From a virus: a DNA stretch of 64,000 nucleotides. Position numbers and translations under genes: made by a program. Shown piece by piece: positions 15,512 through 25,292 of this stretch. The stretch covers positions 1 through 64,000 of the IMG/VR virus record IMGVR_UViG_3300032285_003393; one strand, given 5' to 3'. The notes beneath the pieces were generated by a model. That model ran no database searches and was not told the origin of the DNA. It was given only the letters and a program-made list of their open reading frames with translations. The stretch's first letter is position 1; every line of letters begins with the position of its first letter.

Positions 15512-15697
15512 TTATTTACAAATATAACAGTAAAATGGATTTCTTTGATGCTTTTTATCTATCCAATAATATCTTGAACATTTAGCACAAATTGCTTTAA
15601 CATTGTTATTTGATTCATCATGAATCTCTAAAGTCATTTTACCTGTGTAGTATAGCTTTGTTATATACCATGTAAGTACTATTAATAGTATTATCAT
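15512..15697 (-). CDS. small membrane-anchored Zn-finger hypothetical
   Basis: ORF track. Confidence 0.55.
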   Translation of the reverse strand: MIILLIVLTWYITKLYYTGKMTLEIHDESNNNVKAICAKCSRYYWIDKKHQRNPFYCYICK

Positions 15698-15974
15698 TTC
15701 CCACCCTTAATATTGCCTATGTCTCTTGCTTTTACCCTGAGCTTTTACTTCAGCCTTGATTTTATCTACAATAGCTTTGGTAATTTCTTCTACATTAAAT
15801 TCATCATCAAAATCTGATTCAGTTGTCATTTAATACACCATATCTCTCTATTACTCATAGTCTGGTGATTTTCCCAGTATTCTATATTCTCTTTATCCAT
15901 CCCGCATTTATTGCAGATCATTGCTTCCCGTCTCTTTTATTTAATAATATTATACTACTATATATATTTTGACG

Positions 15975-16109
15975 CTATTCCTGGTCAGTATCCCATAGAT
16001 CATCATTCTCAAATGCCTCAGATAAGCCTTGTAAGGCTTTATAGGCCATATATGACCCAAGTGCTAAGGTTATTACGAGTATCGTAAGGGTGTTTCTTTT
16101 TCGGCTCAT
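15975..16109 (-). CDS. small membrane protein
   Basis: ORF track 15975..16163; coupled start at 16109. Confidence 0.5.
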   Translation of the reverse strand: MSRKRNTLTILVITLALGSYMAYKALQGLSEAFENDDLWDTDQE

Positions 16110-16573
16110 TCTTCTCCATCCCAATCTCCTATTTTTGTGGTAGATATTCCATTTTCTTCCCAAAGCTTAATTACTTTTGGATTGTCATCTACTGCGTGAA
16201 CTACATCCCAGAATAAGTTAATGTGTTCTAGGATATCTTTTTTAATTTCATAATCTGGGCGAAAGTCTTTATTTCCTCTCATGAATAATGCATCATGTGG
16301 AATAAGGTTCTTCTTTAGCCAGAAGGAAGTATGTGCTCTCCATTCTTCCCGCCTTGCTGTAACTACAATAATATCATAGTTGTGATTTTCAGCCATTTCC
16401 CATAGCATATCTACAACTTCTTTATGTGGTGGAACATTGATAGACTCTCCATGAAACTTATCAAAATCTTTCTTAAACTCAGGAAGATCATTAATATTCT
16501 GTACATAATGTAAGATAGAATCAACATTGGCTAATGTGCCATCTACATCAAATATCCATGCTTTGCGTTTCAT
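16106..16573 (-). CDS. HAD-superfamily phosphatase (PNKP 3'-phosphatase-like)
   Basis: FDVDGTL, VTAR, LFMR, VDDN motifs. Confidence 0.9.
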   Translation of the reverse strand: MKRKAWIFDVDGTLANVDSILHYVQNINDLPEFKKDFDKFHGESINVPPHKEVVDMLWEMAENHNYDIIVVTARREEWRAHTSFWLKKNLIPHDALFMRGNKDFRPDYEIKKDILEHINLFWDVVHAVDDNPKVIKLWEENGISTTKIGDWDGEE

Positions 16574-16803
16574 GACAGTTCCTTCTCAATAGCCTGAATG
16601 GTTTCGCAAGGATAAGCAATATACCTGTCAGAATAATCTGTGTGTAGTGTGCAAGTTTCGCACTCTTTGGCATTTACCGAAGAAGGCTTATGCAATTCCA
16701 CCACTGCAAGAAGGGCTATTTTTACTGGTTTCTCAAAAGAATTCAATATTTTAAGTCGTAATTCATCAAACTTATCTGTTTGATATGTTTCGTCGTGTGT
16801 CAT
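16570..16803 (-). CDS. hypothetical protein (VVELHKP...YPCETIQAIEKEL family)
   Basis: ORF track. Confidence 0.7.
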   Translation of the reverse strand: MTHDETYQTDKFDELRLKILNSFEKPVKIALLAVVELHKPSSVNAKECETCTLHTDYSDRYIAYPCETIQAIEKELS

Positions 16804-17021
16804 TTTCCATCTCTTTCATACATAACGCCTCTAAGATATACACAAAGATCTAAAGCTTCTTCATATGCATCTAATAGCATATCCCTGCCATTATCTGCCT
16901 GCAATCCCGTCCCATATCGCTCTATACCTAATTTGAGGCGTTGAGCCATATCATCCATGACGAGTTCCTGAAGTATAGGCTTATCATTAATTGTTGGCAT
17001 GGGTTGTTCTTTTTCGCTCAC
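16800..17021 (-). CDS. all-alpha NTP-pyrophosphatase-like small protein
   Basis: GIERYGT...AYEEALDLCVYL. Confidence 0.6.
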   Translation of the reverse strand: MSEKEQPMPTINDKPILQELVMDDMAQRLKLGIERYGTGLQADNGRDMLLDAYEEALDLCVYLRGVMYERDGK

Positions 17022-17230
17022 TATTCGTCCCTTTTCCAGTGTAAGTATGATTTAATATATGTTGCTGCATATGCAAGTGATGCAAATATAAATCCGTATT
17101 GTTTAGTTGTAATGGCGTAGACCATCCATAAACATTCGTTAAATAGTAATACAAACCATCCCCAGATCGTTTTGCGACCTACGAAGAATATGCCTGTTAC
17201 TCCTACACAAGCCAATACCCATGACCACAT
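17021..17230 (-). CDS. PnuC-like small membrane protein, paralog of 31910..32194
   Basis: WSWVL..VGV.G....G.K..WG...KQ(Y/W)GFI. Confidence 0.6.
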   Translation of the reverse strand: MWSWVLACVGVTGIFFVGRKTIWGWFVLLFNECLWMVYAITTKQYGFIFASLAYAATYIKSYLHWKRDE

Positions 17231-17940
17231 TACGATTCATCCTTAAATATAGCATTATAACTGTGTGGGAATGCTGACTGTACAATCTGTTTTACAGCCC
17301 CAGCATACTCTCTGATTTCAAACTGTGCATCATGAGGTAGTCTTTGCTGAAGGAATGTGATTACTCCTTGAAGGCTAGTTGTCCATCGCCATCTAACATA
17401 CATTCCGTATGCAGGAAGAAATAATCTAGCAAGTTCTGGTGCTACTCCGTGGTCAATTGCTTCGTGATAAAGCTTAATACCATGCTCCACTAAATCAAAT
17501 AACTTATTGCTAAAGTCTCTACCCATATCAGAATTTAATGCAGGTCCAGATCCCTGTTTAGAATTTTCAGGTTTTGATCTCCATGAATATGCATTAGGAA
17601 TATAGAACTCTTCTTGTTCTGTAATATATCTACGAGAGGATTCGTTCCATCCATTTTGATCATCAATATGTGTAGATGCAACCGCATACTTCCACCATTG
17701 ACGAGCAACCATTAATGGAGCATAAATCTCAAATGTCATAGAAGCATGTCTAAATGGGGATGTATGTCCTTCTCTAATTAAAAAGTCTAGCAATTTCTGG
17801 TCTATTATTGTTAATGAACCATCATCTCTAAATTTTGATTCTTTGTCGTATGAAACCCTTGCTGCATTTACTATAGACAGGTCATTACCCATCTTATCTG
17901 AAAGGATAATATATCCTTTGTCTAACAAATCAATTTTCAC
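17230..17940 (-). CDS. thyX: flavin-dependent thymidylate synthase
   Basis: AARVSY, HTSPF, NESSRRY, ELAR, AQFEIR motifs. Confidence 0.95.
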   Translation of the reverse strand: MKIDLLDKGYIILSDKMGNDLSIVNAARVSYDKESKFRDDGSLTIIDQKLLDFLIREGHTSPFRHASMTFEIYAPLMVARQWWKYAVASTHIDDQNGWNESSRRYITEQEEFYIPNAYSWRSKPENSKQGSGPALNSDMGRDFSNKLFDLVEHGIKLYHEAIDHGVAPELARLFLPAYGMYVRWRWTTSLQGVITFLQQRLPHDAQFEIREYAGAVKQIVQSAFPHSYNAIFKDES

Positions 17941-18305
17941 TTATTCTTCTTTCTAATTATCTTAAATGCATCACCAGTATTTTCATCTTCAAAATCCCAC
18001 GGCTGAACATAGTTATTTGATTCCCAATATGGGATTCCATCTTTATCATAATCTGAGCCTATTTGTTTTAGCACATCATCATCCCAGTATTTTATAACCT
18101 TGTAATAAGTCCCCCACTTTTTATATACTTTGTAAGTCCAATCCCACATAAATGAATGATAGTTCCAAATAAAACCAGAATTGATTCCCAGCTCTTCTTG
18201 CATTCTTAACATCTTAATAAGATGAGGGGATCCGATACGGTTGCAAAAATTAGCAAACCATCTTAGGGGCAATATCTTTGTTTTATTTACCTTGTGAGTT
18301 ATCAT
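17937..18305 (-). CDS. hypothetical protein
   Basis: ORF track 17937..18335. Confidence 0.65.
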   Translation of the reverse strand: MITHKVNKTKILPLRWFANFCNRIGSPHLIKMLRMQEELGINSGFIWNYHSFMWDWTYKVYKKWGTYYKVIKYWDDDVLKQIGSDYDKDGIPYWESNNYVQPWDFEDENTGDAFKIIRKKNK

Positions 18306-18466
18306 TATCAATCCAATCTTTATGCATTTCAGCAATCAATGCCCAATTAATATCATGGGTTTCTTTGCCACACTCTGGGCAAGGGTTGGCATGTATATAT
18401 TTATAAACATGTTCGCAGTATATTGACATTAACCAATAATATCAAATAAAAAAATAACTGTCAATA

Positions 18467-18500
18467 GAAAACCCGCATAGCCCTTGTAAACTATGCGGGT
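18467..18500 (-). terminator. intrinsic terminator
   Basis: ACCCGCATAG/CTATGCGGGT followed by TTTT on the minus strand. Confidence 0.7.
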
Positions 18501-18683
18501 CTATCATATTCTACAAGGATTAGTTAGACTTATTATCCTTATGGCACTTCTTTCTGACTTCTGCAATATCTGTGAGGACATTTTCCATCATATAAATATG
18601 CTCTTTAAAAAGATCTTTATGTCTAATGTTTAACCTCATATAGGATTGTAATAAAACAATGATGATACCTAAATATATAATGG

Positions 18684-19049
18684 TCACTTTTCAGATTCCC
18701 CCTCGCCAGTTATATGACTTTTAATCTCAACTAGCTCTTCGTGCATATGCTCTAATAAAACCTGAGTTTCCTTGGAGATTCTCAAGTCTCTGTTCATGAC
18801 CTGACGATCACGTTCAGATTCCCTGTCAGTTGCACTTAAGATTAAGCCAGATAATAAGATAGCTTCTAAAGAAACTATCATAGTCAACAAACCGTATGGA
18901 AAGGATTCAATTTTGAACTCTATCCATGCTGCAAACCAAACAACATGGACTATTAAGAACCACGGTGTTCCGAATGCATGAGCAGCCAAATCAGATAGCT
19001 CCTCTGTGCGTTTTTCTATATATTTAATTAACTTTTTGATATTCATCAC
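18684..19049 (-). CDS. DUF1003 membrane protein
   Basis: FGTPWFL...FPYGLLTMIVSLEAI. Confidence 0.8.
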   Translation of the reverse strand: MMNIKKLIKYIEKRTEELSDLAAHAFGTPWFLIVHVVWFAAWIEFKIESFPYGLLTMIVSLEAILLSGLILSATDRESERDRQVMNRDLRISKETQVLLEHMHEELVEIKSHITGEGESEK

Positions 19050-19135
19050 CTTTTCAGTGATATGTTGCCCATATCACTACTACTATTATATCAATAATTA
19101 GTTAAATATATGTAATCGTATTGTATTGCTATATT

Positions 19136-19366
19136 TTATTTAAGATCAATTTTTGATGCTGCATTTAAATTAACATTAGACATTAATTCATTAATGTAAC
19201 TCATGTATCGTTCAACAATAAATATAACATCTTGTGTAGTTTCTTTAATTAACTTTTCATCAATATCAGAAACAATTCCATTGATTGCTTTTTCTTCTAT
19301 AAAGTCTTTTGTTACTTTAAAGATTACTTCATCAAGATCTTTATTTGAAACTGGTACTTCCGCCAT
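19136..19366 (-). CDS. hypothetical protein
   Basis: ORF track. Confidence 0.7.
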   Translation of the reverse strand: MAEVPVSNKDLDEVIFKVTKDFIEEKAINGIVSDIDEKLIKETTQDVIFIVERYMSYINELMSNVNLNAASKIDLK

Positions 19367-19368
19367 GA

Positions 19369-19587
19369 TTACCCCCTTGCTATCCTTGCTGCTTCACTTA
19401 TAAGCAATTTTGCCATGTATTCATTGTCAAAAGGCTTTCGTGGATTTGCAGCAATAATTTTTTCATAGTCAATTTTTTCTATAGCAGAAGCTATGCCTTC
19501 TTTTATAGATTTGTCATGCATTTCTTGAGTTAAAGTAATGCTCTTGTGCATGTGAGATTCATAATACAATTCGTTATTCCCGTTCAT
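19369..19587 (-). CDS. hypothetical protein
   Basis: ORF track. Confidence 0.7.
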   Translation of the reverse strand: MNGNNELYYESHMHKSITLTQEMHDKSIKEGIASAIEKIDYEKIIAANPRKPFDNEYMAKLLISEAARIARG

Positions 19588-19768
19588 TTAAAGACCTTCC
19601 ATGATTAAAGGCGAGTGCAATTGTATTTAAAATTAAAGCTATTGTGAATGCGTTTCTGTAGGAAATTGGATTAAATATGCTAATTACAAGCATATAAACC
19701 CATCCTGAAAACAACATTGCCGATATCATAAATGATACCGCTAAGACCCAATTCATATAATTTTTCAT
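19574..19768 (-). CDS. small membrane protein
   Basis: two hydrophobic segments. Confidence 0.6.
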   Translation of the reverse strand: MKNYMNWVLAVSFMISAMLFSGWVYMLVISIFNPISYRNAFTIALILNTIALAFNHGRSLNERE

Positions 19769-19906
19769 TGTTTTTTTAATTCCTCTCGTATGAACATTAC
19801 CGCTTTGTGCCAAGAATAAATGATATCCGTATCATCTAATATTTCTTTTAATTGTTTTAATACTGATTCTGTAGATTGATTGCAGGTTCCGTTACAATGA
19901 TCTAAT

Positions 19907-20056
19907 TTAGCCATTTATTACTTTATAGCCTAACCATAAACCAAAAATACCCATCAATCCTGAAATAACTGGTGGTGCTGGAACTGGAAGCTTAAATATT
20001 GCAAATACAACTCCACATGCTGCACCAGTTAATAATGATAATACAATATCCTTCAT
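19907..20056 (-). CDS. XapX/DUF1427 small membrane protein
   Basis: hand-translated LSLLTGAACGVVFAIFKLPVPAPPVISGLMGIFGLWLGY. Confidence 0.8.
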   Translation of the reverse strand: MKDIVLSLLTGAACGVVFAIFKLPVPAPPVISGLMGIFGLWLGYKVING

Positions 20057-20418
20057 TAGTCTACCGTTCCCCAATCTTCAAGACTGTTTACTCCAAATAA
20101 ATCTTTATTCTTCATATGCCAATCATAGGAAGGATGTCTTGTCATGGCTTCTCTACGAGCACGTTCAGATTTAACCATGTCAAGATTTTCAAAGTATCCC
20201 GCTCCATCTACAACATTATCACGTTTTGGGCGATTACATTCACGACTAATCTTTAGACCAACCATGCACAAAGCAACTTGCTCTGGCTCAACTTTAATTC
20301 CTAGAATTGCAGACCAGATTTGTGCTGTGCGTGAAAAGTCTTCAAATGGATGACCATAGTTTTCTCCACGCTCACCGTATACTATACGCTTTGCTTCATC
20401 AAGAATCGTTTCTTGCAT
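20056..20418 (-). CDS. DUF6378 domain protein
   Basis: RGENYGHP...QIWS...LKISR...DNVVDGAGY. Confidence 0.8.
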   Translation of the reverse strand: MQETILDEAKRIVYGERGENYGHPFEDFSRTAQIWSAILGIKVEPEQVALCMVGLKISRECNRPKRDNVVDGAGYFENLDMVKSERARREAMTRHPSYDWHMKNKDLFGVNSLEDWGTVD

Positions 20419-20665
20419 CTTCAACCTCTTTTGTGTCAACTAAACTTTCAGTAACTTCAGGCAAACTTTTCTGTTGCTCTAGCTCTAGGCGAATTTCTTC
20501 TGGAGTTTTCCCAGGATTGATTCCAAGCATTTCATTCATCCATCGTGAATAATTTCCTTCATACTTACTTTGATCGCTAGGGTATCTCTTTAGCTTGCGA
20601 TTAATAACTTTTTGACTTCGCTTTTGTCCACGAATTTGTTGTGCTAGTCCTTGACCTTTACGCAT
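20399..20665 (-). CDS. hypothetical protein
   Basis: ORF track 20399..20683. Confidence 0.65.
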   Translation of the reverse strand: MRKGQGLAQQIRGQKRSQKVINRKLKRYPSDQSKYEGNYSRWMNEMLGINPGKTPEEIRLELEQQKSLPEVTESLVDTKEVEDARNDS

Positions 20666-20972
20666 TTTGCTCCTCATATCCAAATAGCATTCCGCTATTT
20701 ACAAAATAATATTTATCTCCATTGCTATCTTTAATTTCTGTAGCATGATTTGGAGAATAATATACTAACATTCCAATTTTAATACTTTCAACAGGATACA
20801 AAGTTCCATTGAATGAACTTACTTCCCCTGGTCCAATGTCTATGACAGTTGCTTTTTTCAAATCTTGTTCTGTTGATGTTGCAGTTAAGATTAACCCAGT
20901 ACTTGTTTTTGATTCAGTTACTTCAATTTCTTTTACAAGCAAAAGCTTACCTAATGGTTTAATGTTCGTCAT
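20658..20972 (-). CDS. groES: GroES-like co-chaperonin
   Basis: IKPLG..LLV, TSTGLIL, VIDIGPG, KIG..V motifs. Confidence 0.85.
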   Translation of the reverse strand: MTNIKPLGKLLLVKEIEVTESKTSTGLILTATSTEQDLKKATVIDIGPGEVSSFNGTLYPVESIKIGMLVYYSPNHATEIKDSNGDKYYFVNSGMLFGYEEQNA

Positions 20973-21195
20973 CTTCTTCTTCCTTTTCTGTATATGGGTT
21001 TATCATTTCATCAATCATATCTGGATGCTCCGAAGGAACTCCAATAGTATATTTAGTTTTACATCCTAGACAATGTCCATCTGTTCCGTACATACCAATT
21101 TCATAATCATCAGGGTCTAGTACAATCCATGTAACAAATTCCCTAGCCCCGCAATTAGGACAGTACGGACTTGGTATTCCAGTAAAATCAATCAT
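20959..21195 (-). CDS. Zn-ribbon hypothetical protein
   Basis: CPNCG...CLGC. Confidence 0.7.
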   Translation of the reverse strand: MIDFTGIPSPYCPNCGAREFVTWIVLDPDDYEIGMYGTDGHCLGCKTKYTIGVPSEHPDMIDEMINPYTEKEEEDDEH

Positions 21196-21374
21196 CCTAA
21201 GTATGTAATCCTAGCAACAGTCATGCAAGGATCTCCCCCTGCTTCCCATTCTTGTGCTTCTTCATCTGTCCAATATTCCATTCCCCCATCATGGGTAGAA
21301 CAAAAGGATGGTGTTATCCATCCTTTATTAATACCAGATTGAAACCATTCCCAAAAGGCTTTATCTTCACTCAT
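21192..21374 (-). CDS. conserved small actinophage protein (CSTHDG...GGDPC)
   Basis: ORF track; leaderless -10. Confidence 0.7.
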   Translation of the reverse strand: MSEDKAFWEWFQSGINKGWITPSFCSTHDGGMEYWTDEEAQEWEAGGDPCMTVARITYLG

Positions 21375-21398
21375 AATACTAGTGTATCACTTTCTATA

Positions 21399-21935
21399 TT
21401 ATTTTTTTATTTTTTGTTGTTTTACAATTTGAAATGGAGCAGAAGTATAAATATCTTTTTTAGCAGCAATCTCTAACGCTTCTTGAACCGAAGCTCCTGC
21501 ATGTAACGCTCCCATAGCCCACTTTGCACCATTACCTACGCCATAAATTCCATCATCACTTACGACAACACTAAAATCATCTCCAATATCAAAAAGTTCT
21601 CCGTCAAATGCTATGAGCATACTAAACCCAGAGTCTTCTTTTGAATCAATTTTATAATCATTTTCTTCCAAGCATTCTTTCATGGCTGGAACAAACTTGG
21701 TGATCATAAACTTATAAAGATTTTTTCTTTCAGCAACAGTTGGAACTGGGGGAATAAAAATGTGTTGTAAGATGTCACACGGAGCTGAATCTCCACTTCC
21801 TGCAATCAGGTATCCGTTGTTCTTAGTTATTTTTTCCATAGATAAACTTGTGATTATTGTAGAGTCATCAGTTACCTGACTATCTGCTCCCAAGGTTACA
21901 TTTCCATTTTTACATACGCCAACTATAGTTGTCAT
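21399..21935 (-). CDS. Ntn-hydrolase, HslV/proteasome-beta-like protease
   Basis: MTTIVGV, ADSQVT, K, AGSG, GVGNG..AMGAL. Confidence 0.85.
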   Translation of the reverse strand: MTTIVGVCKNGNVTLGADSQVTDDSTIITSLSMEKITKNNGYLIAGSGDSAPCDILQHIFIPPVPTVAERKNLYKFMITKFVPAMKECLEENDYKIDSKEDSGFSMLIAFDGELFDIGDDFSVVVSDDGIYGVGNGAKWAMGALHAGASVQEALEIAAKKDIYTSAPFQIVKQQKIKK

Positions 21936-21942
21936 TCTTCTC

Positions 21943-22245
21943 CTATTGTGACTCGTTAACTTGTTTTATTATATCTTCAGTTGTACGAGCAGTGATTTTT
22001 GCCTTGATAGCCCCGTTTTCCATTTTATAGACAGTAGGTACACTCTTTATATTATACAGGTCAAGGAACTCTTTGTCAATAGACTCAATATCTATAACAA
22101 AATAAGTATTGATTTCATCAGCCATCCCCGCCTTTGCATACAAGGGCTTCAATTGCTTGCACGGTTGACACCATGTGGCGGTAAAATAAGCTACTGCCTT
22201 TTCTGTTTCAATAACTTCCTGCATATTGTCAGTAATTTTAAGCAT
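21943..22245 (-). CDS. thioredoxin
   Basis: FTATWCQPCK...IKSVPT. Confidence 0.9.
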   Translation of the reverse strand: MLKITDNMQEVIETEKAVAYFTATWCQPCKQLKPLYAKAGMADEINTYFVIDIESIDKEFLDLYNIKSVPTVYKMENGAIKAKITARTTEDIIKQVNESQ

Positions 22246-22252
22246 ATTTATC

Positions 22253-22498
22253 CTAAGCTATTAGTTCATTGGCTAATATCTCTTTGCCATCATATCTGCG
22301 TTTTACAATAAAGTCTCTAACCTTGTCTGCCCCAAAAGTTCTTCCAGCCAAAACGATTACCCATCTAGGCTCAAACTTTTGATCTATACATGACTGACAC
22401 ATTAATGTAGTTACTCCGTCTAAAAGAGATGATTTGCAAGGATGCAATTCATTCTTTGTCTTTCCGCAAGAATAACAGTTCATTCTTCCTCTTCCCAT
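22253..22498 (-). CDS. Zn-binding hypothetical protein
   Basis: CYSC...CQSC...EPRW. Confidence 0.7.
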   Translation of the reverse strand: MGRGRMNCYSCGKTKNELHPCKSSLLDGVTTLMCQSCIDQKFEPRWVIVLAGRTFGADKVRDFIVKRRYDGKEILANELIA

Positions 22499-22627
22499 TC
22501 ATTAGTTTCGTTTAGTTCAAGATACTCGTCAGATTCAATCCAGACATCATATAATACTCCGCCGTACACATACTGTACTCTGGACATATATAATCCTTCT
22601 GAGACTAAATCAGCAAAGATGCCTTCC

Positions 22628-22897
22628 TTAATCAGGAAGACCTTTCGGTGTGGAGACATATTTGATCCCTTCTATTTCGCACGGTACTCCATAAGACATA
22701 ATCAAATTTCTACATAATAGAAGATAGTCCATGATATCTACTCTTCTATCAACTTCATACTGCATGATATTTTCTTCATAAACAGTTAAAGCTAAGTAAT
22801 TTGGCCTTGCCCTAATATCTAGTTTGAAATCTTTTACAGGCTTTTTTATCTCTCTTATCTTTTTAGCCATCTCTAAGTTATAAAAAATTTTTGCCAT
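22628..22897 (-). CDS. hypothetical protein
   Basis: ORF track. Confidence 0.75.
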   Translation of the reverse strand: MAKIFYNLEMAKKIREIKKPVKDFKLDIRARPNYLALTVYEENIMQYEVDRRVDIMDYLLLCRNLIMSYGVPCEIEGIKYVSTPKGLPD

Positions 22898-23198
22898 GTA
22901 TTTTCCTCAACTTCGCCCACGTTTCTTTATCTTTGTGGGAATTATTTAATTTATCCGTGCGACCTATGTTAAGGTAGATTCCTCCCCATACGCCTCTCTC
23001 TTTGTCCTTTACACCTTCTTTATAGCACATCTTGACAACTGGGCATGATAAACAAACTTGATCTGTAGTATTTGCCAAGATCTTATCGTTTTCATAGTCA
23101 TCATAAAACCAGTTTATAGGCATGTTTTGACATGCTGCTAGATGATACCATTTGACATCTTCTTCATCAATCCCTAGGTGTTTAAGTATGTTTGACAT
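22878..23198 (-). CDS. whiB: WhiB-family Fe-S transcription factor
   Basis: W...AAC...C..CPV...C...GVWGG. Confidence 0.9.
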   Translation of the reverse strand: MSNILKHLGIDEEDVKWYHLAACQNMPINWFYDDYENDKILANTTDQVCLSCPVVKMCYKEGVKDKERGVWGGIYLNIGRTDKLNNSHKDKETWAKLRKIHGKNFL

Positions 23199-23415
23199 AA
23201 TTGGCTGGAATTAACCATGTACCCTTACTTGTCATATTAAATTTGCTTGAATAACCCCATTGATTATTGCGATACATTCCATTTGTCTGCAGGAAACCTT
23301 TATTTCCTGGAGACCATTTAACAACAGTGTATTGATCCCAGAAGAAGCCATTTGACTTATTCTTGTTAACAAAGTTGTGAATTTGATCGTAATTCATTTC
23401 AATTAGTTTTGACAT
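23182..23415 (-). CDS. hypothetical protein
   Basis: ORF track; AAGGA RBS. Confidence 0.75.
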   Translation of the reverse strand: MSKLIEMNYDQIHNFVNKNKSNGFFWDQYTVVKWSPGNKGFLQTNGMYRNNQWGYSSKFNMTSKGTWLIPANYVKHT

Positions 23416-23528
23416 TATATCCTTTTTGGTAGTTTGTTATTTTGGGCATCTTCCTGCCTCTTTAGCAGGTCCCGAATCTCTCGTAGTAAAGAGATAATCT
23501 CTATTGTATCATCTTGATTCATTTTCTG

Positions 23529-23897
23529 TCAAACCTCTTCTATTAATCTGAACGGGATTTCATAAGCTTCTAATACCTTTTTAGCTTTATAGGCTCTGGC
23601 ATCTCCCGTTGAAAATACCAAAGCATAATCAATTCCAGATTCAATGATCTTGATATCTGAAAGATTGCTTTTATCTCTAAACCATTCTTCTTTTATCTTA
23701 AAACCATTATGACGAAGCATTTTTTCTACTTTACCAACATATTCAGTAATCATATTTTCTGCACCACGTTTACCAGTATGCACAAATATAATCTCTTTGT
23801 GTCCGACTTCATTCACTTCTTGAATAAAAACAGTCAAAGATCTAATTATATCGTTATAGTTTTGCCAGCTTGTGCTGCCAAATACTGCTATCTTCAT
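23529..23897 (-). CDS. SLOG/YspA-like (DUF2493) protein
   Basis: MKIAVFGS...VHTG.RGAE. Confidence 0.65.
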   Translation of the reverse strand: MKIAVFGSTSWQNYNDIIRSLTVFIQEVNEVGHKEIIFVHTGKRGAENMITEYVGKVEKMLRHNGFKIKEEWFRDKSNLSDIKIIESGIDYALVFSTGDARAYKAKKVLEAYEIPFRLIEEV

Positions 23898-23916
23898 ATT
23901 AAAACATCTCCTTAAA

Positions 23917-23943
23917 TGAAACAGCGGGGGGATCCCCCGCTGC
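23917..23943 (-). terminator. intrinsic terminator
   Basis: CAGCGGGGG/CCCCCGCTG hairpin with TTT on the minus strand. Confidence 0.65.
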
Positions 23944-23967
23944 CTCTAATTATATCAAAAGAAAAAT

Positions 23968-24666
23968 TTAAATTCCTCTTTTAATGTTTGGTGCAAAAGA
24001 ACCGCCCCAAATAGACTTTGTCATTTCTTCTTTCTTTTCGTCTTCTTTAGTTTCTGCTGCTTCTTCTTCTGCTGATTCTGGTTCATCTGCCTTCTTCATC
24101 TCTTCTGGCATTGATTGTCCACAATGTGGGCACTTTGCTGCCTTAGACATTCCAGCACACTCACATAGTGTCATTGCTCTATTGCAATCAGGGCAATTGT
24201 CTCCATCTGCTTTTGCAGTTGGTTCTGTTGTATCTCCTGCTGCAGGAGCTTGCTCTGTTGTGTTAGCAGTTGTGCTGTATGTGCTTTTTCCTTCTAAATC
24301 TTGAGATCCCATAGGAACTTCCGCCTTTGTAATAGCGATTTCGCTTTGTGGGTCTGGCTCTGTTGTTGATACTCCAGGATTATTATACTGTTGTTCTGTT
24401 GTTGTAGATGAATCTACATTTAATGCTTTGTCTTCCATTTTTTCACCACCGTTCGTCCAAAAATTTGAGTTAAATATTTCTGCAATTGCATCCTTAATTG
24501 GCTTTTTTGTATCAGGCTGAACATAATATTCAGTATGATTATCGCTTATTTCTGAATGCATACTTGAGCTAGAAGAAAATGGAGAAACTTTTCCAGGTTC
24601 TGGAATCCACGACTTATTTAAAATTTCTGCAGTTAACTTTACTACTTTATCGTAAATGCTCTCCAT
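23968..24666 (-). CDS. low-complexity protein, possible internal head protein
   Basis: ORF track; repeated xKA/xKS sites. Confidence 0.7.
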   Translation of the reverse strand: MESIYDKVVKLTAEILNKSWIPEPGKVSPFSSSSSMHSEISDNHTEYYVQPDTKKPIKDAIAEIFNSNFWTNGGEKMEDKALNVDSSTTTEQQYNNPGVSTTEPDPQSEIAITKAEVPMGSQDLEGKSTYSTTANTTEQAPAAGDTTEPTAKADGDNCPDCNRAMTLCECAGMSKAAKCPHCGQSMPEEMKKADEPESAEEEAAETKEDEKKEEMTKSIWGGSFAPNIKRGI

Positions 24667-24679
24667 TTTTATCTCCTAA

Positions 24680-24928
24680 CTAAGGGCGTGTTGCGTTATC
24701 TACGCTACCCTGTTCTGTTGAAACAATTGGTCCACCGAAAGTTTGTCCAGTTGTCATTGAGACATCTGTTCCTGTAAGTGGGCTTTGTACTGATGCACCT
24801 GTCATAGTCTTTGGCTCATGTACGCCAAGGTTTGTTACTGTTGGTGCAACTGTGTGATCAGGAGAAGTTGCTGATGCTACTTCTGGCTTTGATGCTGCCT
24901 GATCAGGAGTTTGTTGATTGTTGTCCAT
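24680..24928 (-). CDS. low-complexity hypothetical protein
   Basis: ORF track; GGAGG RBS. Confidence 0.7.
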   Translation of the reverse strand: MDNNQQTPDQAASKPEVASATSPDHTVAPTVTNLGVHEPKTMTGASVQSPLTGTDVSMTTGQTFGGPIVSTEQGSVDNATRP

Positions 24929-24986
24929 AGGTCACCTCCATAGTGATTGTAGTTATATTATAGCGTATATTCCCGTAATCTAGGAA

Positions 24987-25292
24987 TCACTCTTCAAAAT
25001 TCTTAAAAAATTCTTCTGGATTGATATTTTCAAATACTTCTTTTCCCTTTTCGGATATCTTAAACATGGCATTTAAATTATCATCATATTCAAGATCAAC
25101 CAGACCTTCCTTATAAAGGAGCATTAAATCCTCATCAATATCCTGCATAATTTGATCATATAGTGGGGGCATTACTTGCTTAAGTATTTCCAGATTAAAT
25201 TTAAAAACAGCTTCGCCAGTTTTATCAACCCCGTCCCAGATTAGAGCACCTTGCTCCTCAAGATAGGCTATTACCTCTTTATCGTCAAACAT
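24987..25292 (-). CDS. hypothetical protein
   Basis: ORF track 24987..25334; AAGGAG RBS before 25292. Confidence 0.7.
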   Translation of the reverse strand: MFDDKEVIAYLEEQGALIWDGVDKTGEAVFKFNLEILKQVMPPLYDQIMQDIDEDLMLLYKEGLVDLEYDDNLNAMFKISEKGKEVFENINPEEFFKNFEE